Positions 29,575-41,519 of a stretch of 64,000 nucleotides of DNA are shown in pieces. The position numbers and the translations under genes are program-made. Position 1 is the stretch's first letter. Every line of letters starts with the position of its first letter. Source of the stretch: Octopus vulgaris (lineage: Eukaryota); assembly GCA_951406725.2 (NCBI GenBank), contig OX597835.1:14384001-14448000 (forward strand), in the 5' to 3' direction. The notes under the pieces are model-generated. The model was not told the origin of the DNA and searched no databases. It saw only the letters and a list, made by a program, of their open reading frames with translations.

Positions 29575-29960
29575 TGCAAGCGTGGTTAAAAGGCTGGATT
29601 TGTAACCATATGTTTTCCGGTTCAGTGCCGCTGCACGACGCCTTGGCAAATGATTCTGCTATTCTACTACCGACCAATACTTTGAGAGTGAATTTGGTGG
29701 GAGATGGAAACTATGTGGAAGCCCGTCGTTTATATGTATGCGTGGGTGTAGCTGTGCATGTCTTCGTGTCTGTGTTTGTCGCCCTTTCTCCTGTCACTGC
29801 TTGATAACCGGTGTTGGTTTACGCTTCTGTGAGTAAGTGGTTTGGCAAAAGAGAGCGATAGGGTAAGTACTACTTTTTTAAAAAAAAAGTACTGGGATGG
29901 AGTGCCCTAGCATGGCTGCATTCCAATGACTGAGAACTGTGAAAAAAGATGAAAGATAGA
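29575..29960 (+). mobile_element. Old, diverged family A SINE
   Basis: Degenerate matches along the whole unit (ggaaactatgtggaagcccgtcg, cttgataaccggtgttgg, cctagcatggctgca). Confidence 0.7.
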
Positions 29961-30041
29961 AAATCCACTCTGCTTCAAACTACCCAATGTTCACAAATCA
30001 TCTCAATTCTGAAGAGTCTTATTTAGGCCAACCACTATTCT

Positions 30042-30826
30042 TTTCTATTATATGCACAAAGCCTGAAATTTGGGGGAGGGGGATAGTCGATTTCATCGAC
30101 CCCAGTGCATAACCGGTACTTATTTCTTCAACCCCTAAAAGGATGAAAGGCAAAATCGGCCTCGGCGGAATTTGAACTTGGAACGTAGCGACGGACGAAT
30201 TTCGTCCAACGTGCTAGCAATTCTTATTTCTTTATTGCCCACAAGGGGCTAAACATAGAGGGGACATTCAAGGACAGACAAACGGATTAAGTCGATTACA
30301 TCGACCCCAGTGCGTAACTGGTACTTAATTTATCGACCCCCGAAAGGATGAAAGGTAAAGTCAACCTCGGCGAAATTTGAACTCAGAAGGTAACGGTAGA
30401 CGAAATACTTATTTCTTTACTACCCACAAGGGGCTAAACACAGAGAGGACAAACAAGGACAGACAAACGGATTAAGTCGATTACATCGACCCCAGTGCGT
30501 AACTGGTACTTAATTTATCGACCCCGAAAGGATGAAAGGTAAAGTCAACCTCGGCGAAATTTGAACTCAGAAGGTAACGGTAGACGAAATACTTATTTCT
30601 TTACTACCCACAAGGGGCTAAACACAGAGAGGACAAACAAGGACAGACATAGGTATTAAGTCGATTATATCGACCCCAGTGCGTAACTGGTACTTAATTT
30701 ATCGACCCCGAAAGGATGAAAGGCAAAGTCGACCTCGGCAGAATTCGAACTCAGAACGTAACAGCAGACGAAATACTGCAAAGCATTTCGCCCGGCGTGC
30801 TAACGATTCTGCCAGCTCGCCGCCTT
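30042..30826 (-). mobile_element. Family B SINE multimer (4 units) within one TSD
   Basis: aggccaaccactattct flanks both ends (~30025, ~30827); internal junctions gaaatacttatttc. Confidence 0.85.
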
Positions 30827-31146
30827 AGGCCAACCACTATTCTGTTCAATTATTTCGAAACGGTTTTCTCAGTATGAGGCATTGGAAAATAGGGGAAGGA
30901 GTAGATTGTTAATATCTATTTCTGTATCTATTAGAAATAAACTTTAGTAAGAATGCTTGTTGGGTCCACTTGAAAAACTGTGATCTTTAAAGTTTTATAT
31001 GCAAAAATAGACATTACATTGTGTGACATTTAACGGATGAAACTCTGGATGGCCCTCTCCGTGTAGTGGATTTTAATATCCTTGGCTGTACGTCAACCAG
31101 TAAAATTATACACGAAAATATTTACAATACGAAAAAATACATTGCT

Positions 31147-31174
<28 letters not shown>

Positions 31175-31177
<3 letters not shown>

Positions 31178-31495
31178 GTATGCGATAAGGAAGAAAGAAA
31201 AGTTGATAGACATGACAGGTAAGCTCGGGAGGTTAAGCAGTTCTGGTCGCCGAAAAAGGTGGTAGTAGTACCAATAATTGTCGGAGCCCTGGGAACGGTG
31301 AGTATAAAATCGTGAGAAGTACGTGGAACAAATAAGGTCTGCAATAAGGATTGGACACTTGCAGAAAATAGCACTGCTTGGAACCGCTCGAATATTCCGG
31401 AAGGTACTCGAAAAATAAGAGGTGTTACTTTAGTTCACTGGTAGTGCACAGCTGACACTGTAGTACATCTGCAGCGTTAGAAGCTGTGCAAAGGC
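31175..31495 (+). mobile_element. R4/Dong-type LINE 3' fragment inside (TAA)n
   Basis: Translation DKEERKVDRH..REVKQFWSPKKVVVVPIIVGALGTVS...LQKIALLGTARIFRKVL; (AAT)n on both flanks, consistent with Dong's known TAA-repeat targeting. Confidence 0.75.
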
Positions 31496-31833
31496 AATAA
31501 TAATAATGATGATAATCTTCACTGGCCACAAAGGCCGAATACAAAACGAAAAGGGACAGTATAACACCGGAGACAAGTGGGGCTTAGCAATTCGTGTATA
31601 CAATAAAACAATAACAATTACCAACAAAAATTACACAATAAAATCCATCCCCAAATGGGGGGCGGGAGTTCCACTGAGGACTAAGGAACTCCACACACCC
31701 TAGTCACTCCGACCATCAAGGGTACCTCAGGCAAGCACCTCACTCTTCAATCCCTCCGACTTCATAATCCCTGAAGAATCTTTAATGGAAGATGAAGCCA
31801 GACGGTTCTATTTCCACTGTAAACCCTGTAGGA

Positions 31834-32881
31834 CTGATGAAGACCGGAGGGTACATCGGCCGAAACGTTGTGTTAACAACAAACAAGATAAGGACAATTA
31901 TCCGTCAAATGTAAATAATGTAAGTATGCCCACGGGCATATGGCGTAGTGGCTAAGAGCGCGGGCTATTAACCCCAAGATTCAGAGTTAGATTCCAGGCA
32001 GTGGCCCGAATAATAATAACATCGAAAAATACCTTAGAAATGAGAACCCAGGTTCGAAATTTCCCCAAGACACCTGGTGAAGACTGGAGGGTATATCAGC
32101 CGAAATGTTGTGTTAACAATAAATAAGATGAGGACAAATATCCGTCAAATGTAAATAATGTAAGTATGCCCACGGGCATATGGCGTAGTGGCTAAGAGCG
32201 CGGGCTATTAACCCCAAGATTCAGAGTTAGATTCCAGGCAGTGGCCCGAATAATAATAACATCGAAAAATACCTTAAGAATGAGAACCCAGGTTCGAAAT
32301 TTCCCCAAGACACCTGATGAAGACTGGAGGGTATATCAGCCGAAATGTTGTGTTAACAATAAATAAGATGAGGACAAATATCCGTCAAATGTAAATAATG
32401 TAAGTATGCCCACGGGCATATGGCGTAGTGGTTAAGAGCGCGGGCTATAAACCCCAAGATTCCGAGTTAGATTCAGGCAGTGGCCCGAATAATAATAACA
32501 TCGAAAAATACCTTAGGAATGAGAACCCAGGTTCGAAATTTCCCCAAGACACCTGATGAAGACTGGAGGGTATATCAGCCGAAATGTTGTGTTAACAACA
32601 AACAAGATGAGGACAAATATCCGTCAAATGTAAATAATGTAAGTATGCCCACGGGCATATGGCGTAGTGGTTAAGAGCGCGGGCTATAAACCCCAAGATT
32701 CCGAGTTAGATTCCAGGCAGTGGCCCGAATAATAATAACATCGAAAAATACCTTAGGAATGAGAACCCAGGTTCGAAATTTCCCCAAGACACCTGATGAA
32801 GACTGGAGGGTATATCAGCCGAAATGTTGTGTTAACAATAAATAAGATGAGGACAAATATTCATCAAATGTAAATAATGTA
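31834..32881 (+). repeat. Tandem array of a 240-bp unit (one partial + four full): tRNA-like Pol III head + minimal type I hammerhead ribozyme (retrozyme/SINE-like)
   Basis: Units start at 31928, 32168, 32408, 32647. Each has A-box TGGCGTAGTGG, B-box-like GAGTTAGATTC and GGTTCGAAAT, then GACAC-CTGATGA-A-GACTG..CAGCC-GAAA(T/C)GTT-GTGTT. HHR cores at 31834, 32074 (CTGGTGA), 32314, 32553, 32793. Confidence 0.85.
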
Positions 32882-33028
32882 AACTTGTGTTACATTTGAA
32901 TAACTTTGATTTGGGCAAAAGTAGAGGGAGCTGATTTCAACTTAGTAAATATTAACCCCATTTTCTTGTGGTTGCAAATTAATTTCAATGAGCTTTGTGA
33001 TTCCTGCTTGATGTTTCTTAGTTCATCA

Positions 33029-33371
33029 GGGTAAGGGTAAAGACCCCCTTCGGTCATGAATGACCATGGGATTGCACCTAGAAAGTTACCCTCCTAGACA
33101 CAAGTCCGGGCAAGGTTGTTTATGGAAGGCCAGCAGTCGCTCATGCATACCAGCCTCTCCTCTTCACGCCACCGATGTTATCCAAGGGAAAGGCAAAGGG
33201 GTCGATACAGCTTGGCACCAGTGACGTCGCAACTCATTTCTACAGCTGAGTGAACTGGAGCAACGTGAAATAAAGTGCCTTGCTCAAGAACACAACATTC
33301 AGCCCGGTCCGGGATTCGAGCTCACAACCTCACGATCGTAAGCTCGGCGATCTAACCACTGAGCCATGCGC
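33029..33371 (-). mobile_element. Family E SINE (tRNA head + CORE-like block + different tail) with 12-bp TSD
   Basis: TSD cttagttcatca; head ggcgcatggctcagtggttag...gagctcgaatccc; central block shared with family C. Confidence 0.85.
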
Positions 33372-33717
33372 CTTAGTTCATCACAATGCAAGAATTCAAC
33401 AACTGTTTTAAAAAGAGAAAAAAAACCTTTCAAGCAGTTTCCCATTGCCATCCATCGAACTTCTGTATGCAGCAACAACATTTTGAAAATCTTTATCATT
33501 TTCAATGCATTATCATTTCTCAGCTGTTGAAGCTGTGGGGAATTGATTTTACTAAGCGTATGCTTGATTTTATTTACTGCTCTGATAACAGTATTCAACG
33601 ATGTGTTAAATCTACGAAAGTTATTTGCATCCTGTGGAAACACAGGATGTGTAACATTTTCAATAAACTGAGGAGGAGGCAGCGACGAGAACGTACCATC
33701 GATGGTATTCCATTTAC

Positions 33718-33948
33718 TGCGGCGAGCTGGCAGAAACGTTAGCACGCCGGGCGAAATGCTTAGCGGTATTTCGTCTGCGTTACGTTGTGAGTTCAAATTC
33801 CGCCGAGGTCGACTTTGCCTTTCATCCTTTCGGGGTCGATAAATTAAGTACCAGTTACGCACTGGGGTCGATGTAATTGACTTAATACCTATGTCTGTCC
33901 TTGTTTGTCCTCTCTGTGTTTAGCCCCTTGTGGGTAATAAAGAAATAG
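33718..33948 (+). mobile_element. Family B SINE with 17-bp TSD
   Basis: ggtattccatttactgc on both sides. Confidence 0.9.
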
Positions 33949-33981
33949 GTATTCCATTTACTGCTCAAAAAACGAAATACT

Positions 33982-34473
33982 GACTGATTTCTTTATTAGG
34001 CATAAAGCTGTAAACACAGACGGGGACACCACAAGGACATACAAGACCACAGTGGGGACAAAAAACATTAAACGAATGTAAATGAGATGAAAATATATAA
34101 AAATGAAAAACGAAAATGGTCGCATGGGCCTCGCTCCCATTTGAACCGTTATATACATTATCTACAATTGTTCTTTGGTTTTTTTTTCATTTTCACCATT
34201 ATTTTCCTAAAGATAACAAAACACTTTACTCTTTCTTTTTTCCTACAATTTAACATATTTTTCTTTTTAATAATACTTCATCAGTGGTTCAATGTCTCTT
34301 AGACCCACTACAGGTGGTAACTCTTTGAATTCCACCCTCACTCCTGGTGGGTCAACACTATCTCCGCACATCTCCTTCAATTTCCCGTAGTTGTGCTTTT
34401 CAATCACTATTACCTCCATATCTTCTGCATATAGGTATGATGGCACCTTCACTCGTACTATTGAAGGAAACTT
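33982..34473 (-). mobile_element. 5'-truncated retroelement insertion whose 3' end resembles the family B tail
   Basis: TSD aaaaaacgaaatact; minus strand ends gtccttgtggtgtccccgtctgtgtttacagc...aataaagaaat. Confidence 0.6.
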
Positions 34474-35507
34474 AAAAAACGAAATACTAACTACTTTTTC
34501 TTTTGTATCTGTTTCTAGTTGTCTTAGAAATAATAGCTTTTGAACCAAACGTTAATCTTTGACGAAACAAACGAAAACAAGAAGCAAATTTTTATTGTTA
34601 TGCAAAAGACACTTACCTAACCAAACAAAATTTGGTTGTTCTGTGTATATCGCACACAATATATCTTAAGTGATATATAGAATTCCAAATTTTGAAACAC
34701 ATGTAATACGCATTTTAGAGAAAAAATTTCACACTTCCACCGCTTCAAGATAAAAATACAATATTTAAAAAAAACGGAGAAATTTCGATTTTTGCATGAT
34801 AGTTTTTCCATTTTTTTTTCTGTAAAAATATAAATTACAAGTGTTTCAAATTGTAGAATACTTCATGACGAAATATAAAATATAAATAAATAAATAAATA
34901 ATGGTGGCTTGTGTTCCAAAAATACGATGAGAAGGTGGGTATTCGTTTGAAAAATATGAATTAATGTGTTTTATTTTGAAGAAAGTCTGTTCACACATAC
35001 TTTTGTTTCATTTTGGTAAAAGATTAACATCCAGACATCAGTAATATTTAGAATACATCCTCCTTTCCAACTTGCTGAAAGCCATGATGTTTAATCAGAG
35101 GAAATAATTTCACAGCGTGACTAAATTCATTGTAAAGTATTAAATAACTATTGTATTACAGAATATAATCTTAGTATTATAAACACATTATCAAATAATC
35201 AACGACGTTATTTGTTGCTGTAAGGCTTTAGACTTCCTACTTGACTAAGCAGCAGCAACAATTAAACCATAACCAAAAAAAAAATGAATAAAAACATACA
35301 GACACACGACAAAACACATACACACATACAAAATGTGTTAAAAATATGTTGTAAATTTAACATTTTTCATTGGAAATTTCGAGTTTCCAGATCTTTTGAA
35401 GCTATACAATAATTTTCCAAAAATGTATTTTTAACTTTTCAATACAACGGTTTCCAAAGCTGGATTATATTCTACGAGTGCCGAGTTCATACGAAATTGG
35501 CAAAATA

Positions 35508-35800
35508 TTGATTTAAATTTTGGTACAAGGCCAGCAATTTTGGGGGAGGGGAAGAGTCGATTACATCAACCCCAGTGTTCAACTGGTACTTATTTTATTG
35601 ACCCCCGAAAGGATGAAAGGTAAAGTCCACTCCGACGGCATTTGAACGTTAAGTCAGAAGAAGGGGCAGTGACGATTCTTATTTCTTTATTGCCCACAAG
35701 GGGTTACACACAGGGAGGACAAACAAGGGCAGAGAAACGGATTAAGTCAATTACGTCGACCCCAGTGCGTAACTGGTGCTTAATTTATCGAGCCGTAAAG
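35508..35800 (-). mobile_element. Two family B SINE fragments
   Basis: Family B reverse-complement motifs. Confidence 0.7.
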
Positions 35801-35936
35801 CCGGAAAAATTGCCGCAAGACATTTTATCCGCTACAGTAAAGGTTTTGAACAGCCTTAAGCAGTAGTAGTTATAATAATAATAATATTAATAATAATAAT
35901 AATAATAATAATGAGATCATCATCATCATCATCATC

Positions 35937-35977
<41 letters not shown>

Positions 35978-36361
35978 CATCTGAAAAGAGTCTCCCATAA
36001 TCTGGAGAGCTGGCGAAAATCACTAATGGTTGGCTGAGAGTCGCTGAGTCAATTGAAGTAGATTTTGCTTTTCGATTCATAAAAATGTTGCCATTTTCTT
36101 ATTTTATTTTTATATTATTCAAATAGATGGTTGATGGTTTAGAAATTAGACGTGTCTTGACAGTTTAATTGTTTCTCGTTGGCTTGCGAGCGCTTAATAT
36201 TGCTTTAGGGATTTTAAACTTCGACACGGGGAGCTATTTATCAACTTATTACGTTCCAGCACCAGTTAATTTCCACCATTTTTTTTTCCCCCGGTTATAT
36301 CTTTGGCTTCACTGCTTCAATGTTATTCCCAATTAATCTTTACTGTTTCAATAAAAATATT

Positions 36362-36417
<56 letters not shown>

Positions 36418-36730
36418 TGATGATAATAATAATAAAACTGTTATACTGAGTTGTCAACAACTGACGGAAAATAATGAGCTGTGTGCTGGAAGATGGAGTG
36501 CATTACGTAAGTGTGTGTGTGTGTGTGTGTGTATGCACATGTATCGGCATTGTATATTTTTATACGTACTCTATACATGCATGTGTGTATAGTAGATGTG
36601 AATATAGGCATTATGTTCTATAATTTTATGTTTTCATATAAGGCTTCTTGTTTGTATAGCTTTGAGTGTGAGTGCATGTTATCTTCACACGTTTCGCATT
36701 ATCTTCCATGCATGCATGTATATAAATACG

Positions 36731-36838
<108 letters not shown>

Positions 36839-36971
36839 ATATTTAAACACATATACGTATATATGTAGGCATGTATTTATTTATGTTTTCAATGGCGTCA
36901 ATTGTTGTGAATATATACACGCTTTAGTGTGTATGTATGAAGTTTCTGAATTACGTGTGTCTGCCTGTGCA

Positions 36972-37046
<75 letters not shown>

Positions 37047-37150
37047 TGTGTGTGTGTGTGTGTGTAGATAGGTAGATACATGTATTTAGGTTGGTGTACA
37101 TGTTTGTGTATGTATGTATATATGTACCCATGCATGTATGTACTAGTGAT

Positions 37151-37181
<31 letters not shown>

Positions 37182-37976
37182 GTAATTGTGAGTGTGCGTA
37201 TGTTTCTGTAACACCTTGAATATAATGCGTGTTCTCTTCTCATACGGAGAAACCTGTGTGCGTTGCATGTATGCATGAACGCATGTGCGATTGGGCGCAT
37301 GCGTGTGCACACGTGAGTTCGTGCTAATTACAGAGTAAGATGCAGCGATCAGTGAAGTTAAACAAATGTCAAACGGGTCAAACCGCTCTTTAATTCGATC
37401 TTCAGGAACATCGTAAAATAAAGTAATGAACAGAAAATTTTATTACATGCAAACGTACTCCATGGATTAGTACCTCATCTTGCTATATCGCATGGTCTTC
37501 AAATGACACCAGTCACTCAACACAGTTCTCTCTGAGGTCTTTTATTAACTCCATACCTTTGACCATCAAGGTTAACACCTTTACAGTGGAAACCGGATTT
37601 ATTCGCTCAAAATTTCATTACTCTTACCTACAGAAAACTGTTTTATGTACCAGTCTATCTTTTGTTGCGGAATGTCATGGATGGAAACTAGTTTCTGTTG
37701 AGATATGTCAAGTTTAATGAGGCCAGAGTGACTTTCAAAAAAATACCAATTCAAGTTTTGGCAGATATAATTACTGGAATGACCATGAAATTGAATTTTG
37801 CGCTTTAAGGTTTAATGAAGGGAGAGAAGGATTGGGGTCTTGAAGTAGAGTGTGTTCAAGAACACACACACACACACACATGATAATTTCGGTGGCGGGA
37901 ATGGTGATAAAAATTCATATGTAGAATGGTATGAAGAAACGGAAATTAATCTACCTGTGTATATTAATGTATATAC

Positions 37977-38431
37977 TTATTTCTTTATTACCCACAAGAG
38001 GCTAATCATAGAGGGGACAAACAAAGACAGACATAGGTATTAAATCGATTACATCGACCCCAGTGCGTAACTGGTACTTAATTTATCGACCCCGAAAGGA
38101 TGAAAGGCAAAGTCGATCTCGGCGGAATTTGAGCTCAGAACGTAACGGCAGGCGAAATACTTATTTCTATTTCTTTATTACCCACAAGGGGCTAAACACA
38201 GAGGGGACAAACAAGGACAGATATAGGTATTAAGTCGATTACATCGACCCCAGTGCGTAACTGGTACTTAATTTATCGACCCAGAAAGGATGAAAGGCAA
38301 AGTCGATCTCGGCGGAATTTGAGCTCAGAACGTAACGGCAGGCGGAATTTGAGCTCAGAACGTAACGGCAGGCGAAATACCGCTAAGCATTTCATCCGAC
38401 GTGCTAACGCTTCTGCCAGCTCGCCGCCTTC
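37977..38431 (-). mobile_element. Family B SINE dimer with TSD and a 30-bp internal duplication
   Basis: TSD tattaatgtatatact; ggcggaatttgagctcagaacgtaacggca duplicated at 38311/38341. Confidence 0.9.
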
Positions 38432-39248
38432 TTATTAATGTATATACTGTTATATTTGTTGTGAAAGCACGTGGTTAAGTGGTTAGAGATATTTGGCTCA
38501 CGGTTATAAGGGTGCAGGTTCAATTCTTGTGAGAAATGGATTATGCGAAACATTAACCTGTACCCAAATACTCAGTGATAAGAGAAATTTGTTCGACCGT
38601 GTAATTTTGACGGCGGGATGGGTTGATAGACGGTGTTTATTGATTTGCAGTCTCCTCTTCTATATCAGCGGCTGTGTTTAACAGTTAACCTTAAAGTTTT
38701 TCAATAAATATTTAGATGTGCGCTGGAAGACGTTCAATTCTGATCCTTATTCAAGCACAGACACACAGACACAATACGCAGACATACGATAAGGACATGA
38801 GATGTATCCAGTTAGATGAAAGAAAATATAGAACTTCGAAAGAAGCTTTTCCATCAAATGTGAATCTACTGGTGCCCGAGGTGAGTATTGAACCCCGCAC
38901 CACAGTGGTGAATTATGACGACATTAAAAAAGCTATAAAGTGGTGAGTAAAATTTGTTGAGATTATTTTAGAGACCTGATAATGAACATTCTAAAAGAAC
39001 TGTTTAAGATTGTTTGAAATAACTGAAATCACGCAACCGTCCCGGAGCGGGACCGGGGTGGCCGTTTCACCTTCATTGTAATAATCCATTTTCCTGTGTT
39101 AATTGTCCCCGCATGTGTTAGCCCCTTGTTAATAATAAAGAAACACACTCATTAAATCTTAATGCAGTTCTACAGGTAACACTAAAGGACTACGACGTGT
39201 TTACAAACTCAAGGTGAGGTTCTATTTTTTTTAAATAAAATTATCTTC

Positions 39249-39887
39249 GATCTTTTCCTTTTGAATGGCAGACAATTTCTAGTTAACTAAATACTTTAAA
39301 ACTTCGTATACTGGTAGAATGTGTCAAAAATAAAACATTATTTTCACTTGGCTTTTTTGATAGAATTTGTAATTTGTTTGTTTAACGTAGTTTAATTTTT
39401 CGAATTTTAACTAATTCTATGCTCTCTTTTGAGCTAAAATCATTTGCTGCGTCTAAAACTGAGACAACATCATGTAACTAACCCTAACCCTAATTTTTTT
39501 CTTAATTGTTAAATTAATTTAATTGTTACGCGTGTAAAAAAAAAAACGAAAGCAATGGTTTCGTTTTTTTTTTACACGCATAACAATGAAATAATTTAAC
39601 AATTAAGAAAAAAAAAAGTTAGGGTTAGGGGGAGGGTTAGGGTTAGTTACAGGATGTTGTCTCAGTTTTAGACGCAGCAAATGATTTTAATTGAATAGAG
39701 GTAATCGATTGGTTAAAATTGCCGAAATGCTCGGATTTTCAGACGAAATATCTTACAACATATAGAATTTTCTCAATAAAGCCAAGAAAAAATGTTTTAT
39801 AAACACATTCTACCAGTATACGAAGTTTAAAAGTGTTTAGTTAACTAGAAATTGTGTTGATATCTGCCGTTCCAAAGGAAAAGATCC
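39249..39887. mobile_element. Foldback MITE (long imperfect palindrome, TAACCC/TTAGGG inside arms)
   Basis: TIR gatcttttccttttgaa / ttccaaaggaaaagatcc; paralogous to 41796-42414. Confidence 0.85.
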
Positions 39888-40069
39888 TTAATCTTGCTTG
39901 TTTTCATTGCATGATCTGTTTTTTTTCTTCTTCAATTCGATATCTGTCTGGCAAAAAGTATCGAAAATGTTTGAAGCTGTGAGTGTTTCTGCCACTTTGC
40001 TTTTATATATAAAAATTTTGCTAATAATATTAGCAAGTCAAAGACGCTATCGGTATATATGCTTTTTCT

Positions 40070-41507
40070 AAGGCGGTGAGCTGGCAGAAGCGTTAGCACG
40101 CCGGGCGAAATGTACGTTCTGAGTTCAAATTCCGCCGAGGTCGACTTTGCCTTTCATCTTTTCGGGGTCGATTAAATAAGTACCAGTTAAGCACTGGGGT
40201 TGATATAATCGACTTAATCCGTTTGTCTGTCCTTGTTTGTCCCTTCTGTGTTTAGCCCCTTGTGGGTAGTAAAGAAATAGGTATATATGCTTTTTCTAGG
40301 GCGGTGAGCTGACAGGAGCGTTAGCACGCCGGGTGAAATGTACGTTCTGAGTTCAAATTCCGCCGAGGTCGACTTTGCCTTTCATCCTTTCGAGGTCGAT
40401 TAAATAAATACCAGTTACGCACTGGGGTCGATATAATCGACTTAATCCGTTTGTCCTCTCTGTGTTTAGCCCCTTGTGGGTAGTAAAGAAATAGTATTTC
40501 GTCTGCCGCTACGTTCTGAGTTCAAATTCCGCCGAGGTCGACTTTGCCTTTCATCCTTTCGGGGTCGATTAAATAAGTACCAGTTACGCACTGGGGTCGA
40601 TATAATCGACTTAATCCGTTTGTCCTCTCTGTGTTTAGCCCCTTGTGGGTAATAAAGAAATACTATTTCGTCTGCCGCTACGTTCTGAGTTCAAATTCCG
40701 CCGAGGTCGACTTTGCCTTTCATCCTTTCGGGGTCGATTAAATAAGTACCAGTTACGCACTGGGGTCGATATAATCGACTTAATCCGTTTGTCCTCTCTG
40801 TGTTTAGCCCCTTGTGGGTAGTAAAGAAATAGTATTTCGTCTGCCGCTACGTTCTGAGTTCAAATTCCGCCGAGGTCGACTTTGCCTTTCATCCTTTCGG
40901 GGTCGATTAAATAAGTACCAGTTACGCACTGGGGTCGATATAATCGACTTAATCCGTTTGTCCTCTCTGTGTTTAGCCCCTTGTGGGTAGTAAAGAAATA
41001 GTATTTCGTCTGCCGCTACGTTCTGAGTTCAAATTCCGCCGAGGTCGACTTTGCCTTTCATCCTTTCGGGGTCGATTAAATAAGTACCAGTTACGCACTG
41101 GGGTCGATATAATCGACTTAATCCGTTTGTCCTCTCTGTGTTTAGCCCCTTGTGGGTAGTAAAGAAATAGTATTTCGTCTGCCGCTACGTTCTGAGTTCC
41201 AATTCCGCCGAGGTCGACTTTGCCTTTCATCCTTTCGGGGTCGATTAAATAAGTACCAGTTACGCACTGGGGTTGATATAATCGACTTAATCCGTTTGTC
41301 CTCTCTGTGTTTAGCCCCTTGTGGGTAGTAAAGAAATAGTATTTCGTCTGCCGCTACGTTCTGAGTTCAAATTCCGCCGAGGTCGACTTTGCCTTTCATC
41401 CTTTCGGGGTCGATTAAATAAGTACCAGTTACGCACTGGGGTCGATATAATCGACTTAATCCGTTTGTCCTCTCTGAGTTTAGCCCCTTCTGGGTAGTAA
41501 AGAAATA
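40070..41507 (+). repeat. Family B SINE tandem array: two headed copies + six 169-bp headless units
   Basis: Units start at 40494, 40663, 40832, 41001, 41170, 41339; flanking ggtatatatgct at 40052, 40280, 41508. Confidence 0.95.
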
Positions 41508-41519
41508 GGTATATATGCT

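Larger units (their letters stand above)
33384..34550 (-). pseudogene. hAT (Buster/Charlie-like) transposase relic, interrupted twice
   Basis: VQKLLFLRQLETDTK ... TIDGTFS (cf. TDGAP) ... LNTVIRAVNKIK ... LLLHTEVRWMAMGNCL. Confidence 0.7.

Noticed and set aside
31834-32881. CRISPR array or tRNA gene cluster interpretation
   Set aside because: Units are near-identical over their full length with no unique spacers; the tRNA-like part has an imperfect cloverleaf and altered B-box, typical of a SINE head.
40494-41507. CRISPR-like regular repeats
   Set aside because: 169-bp identical units equal to the family B SINE body; no spacers or cas genes; eukaryotic context.
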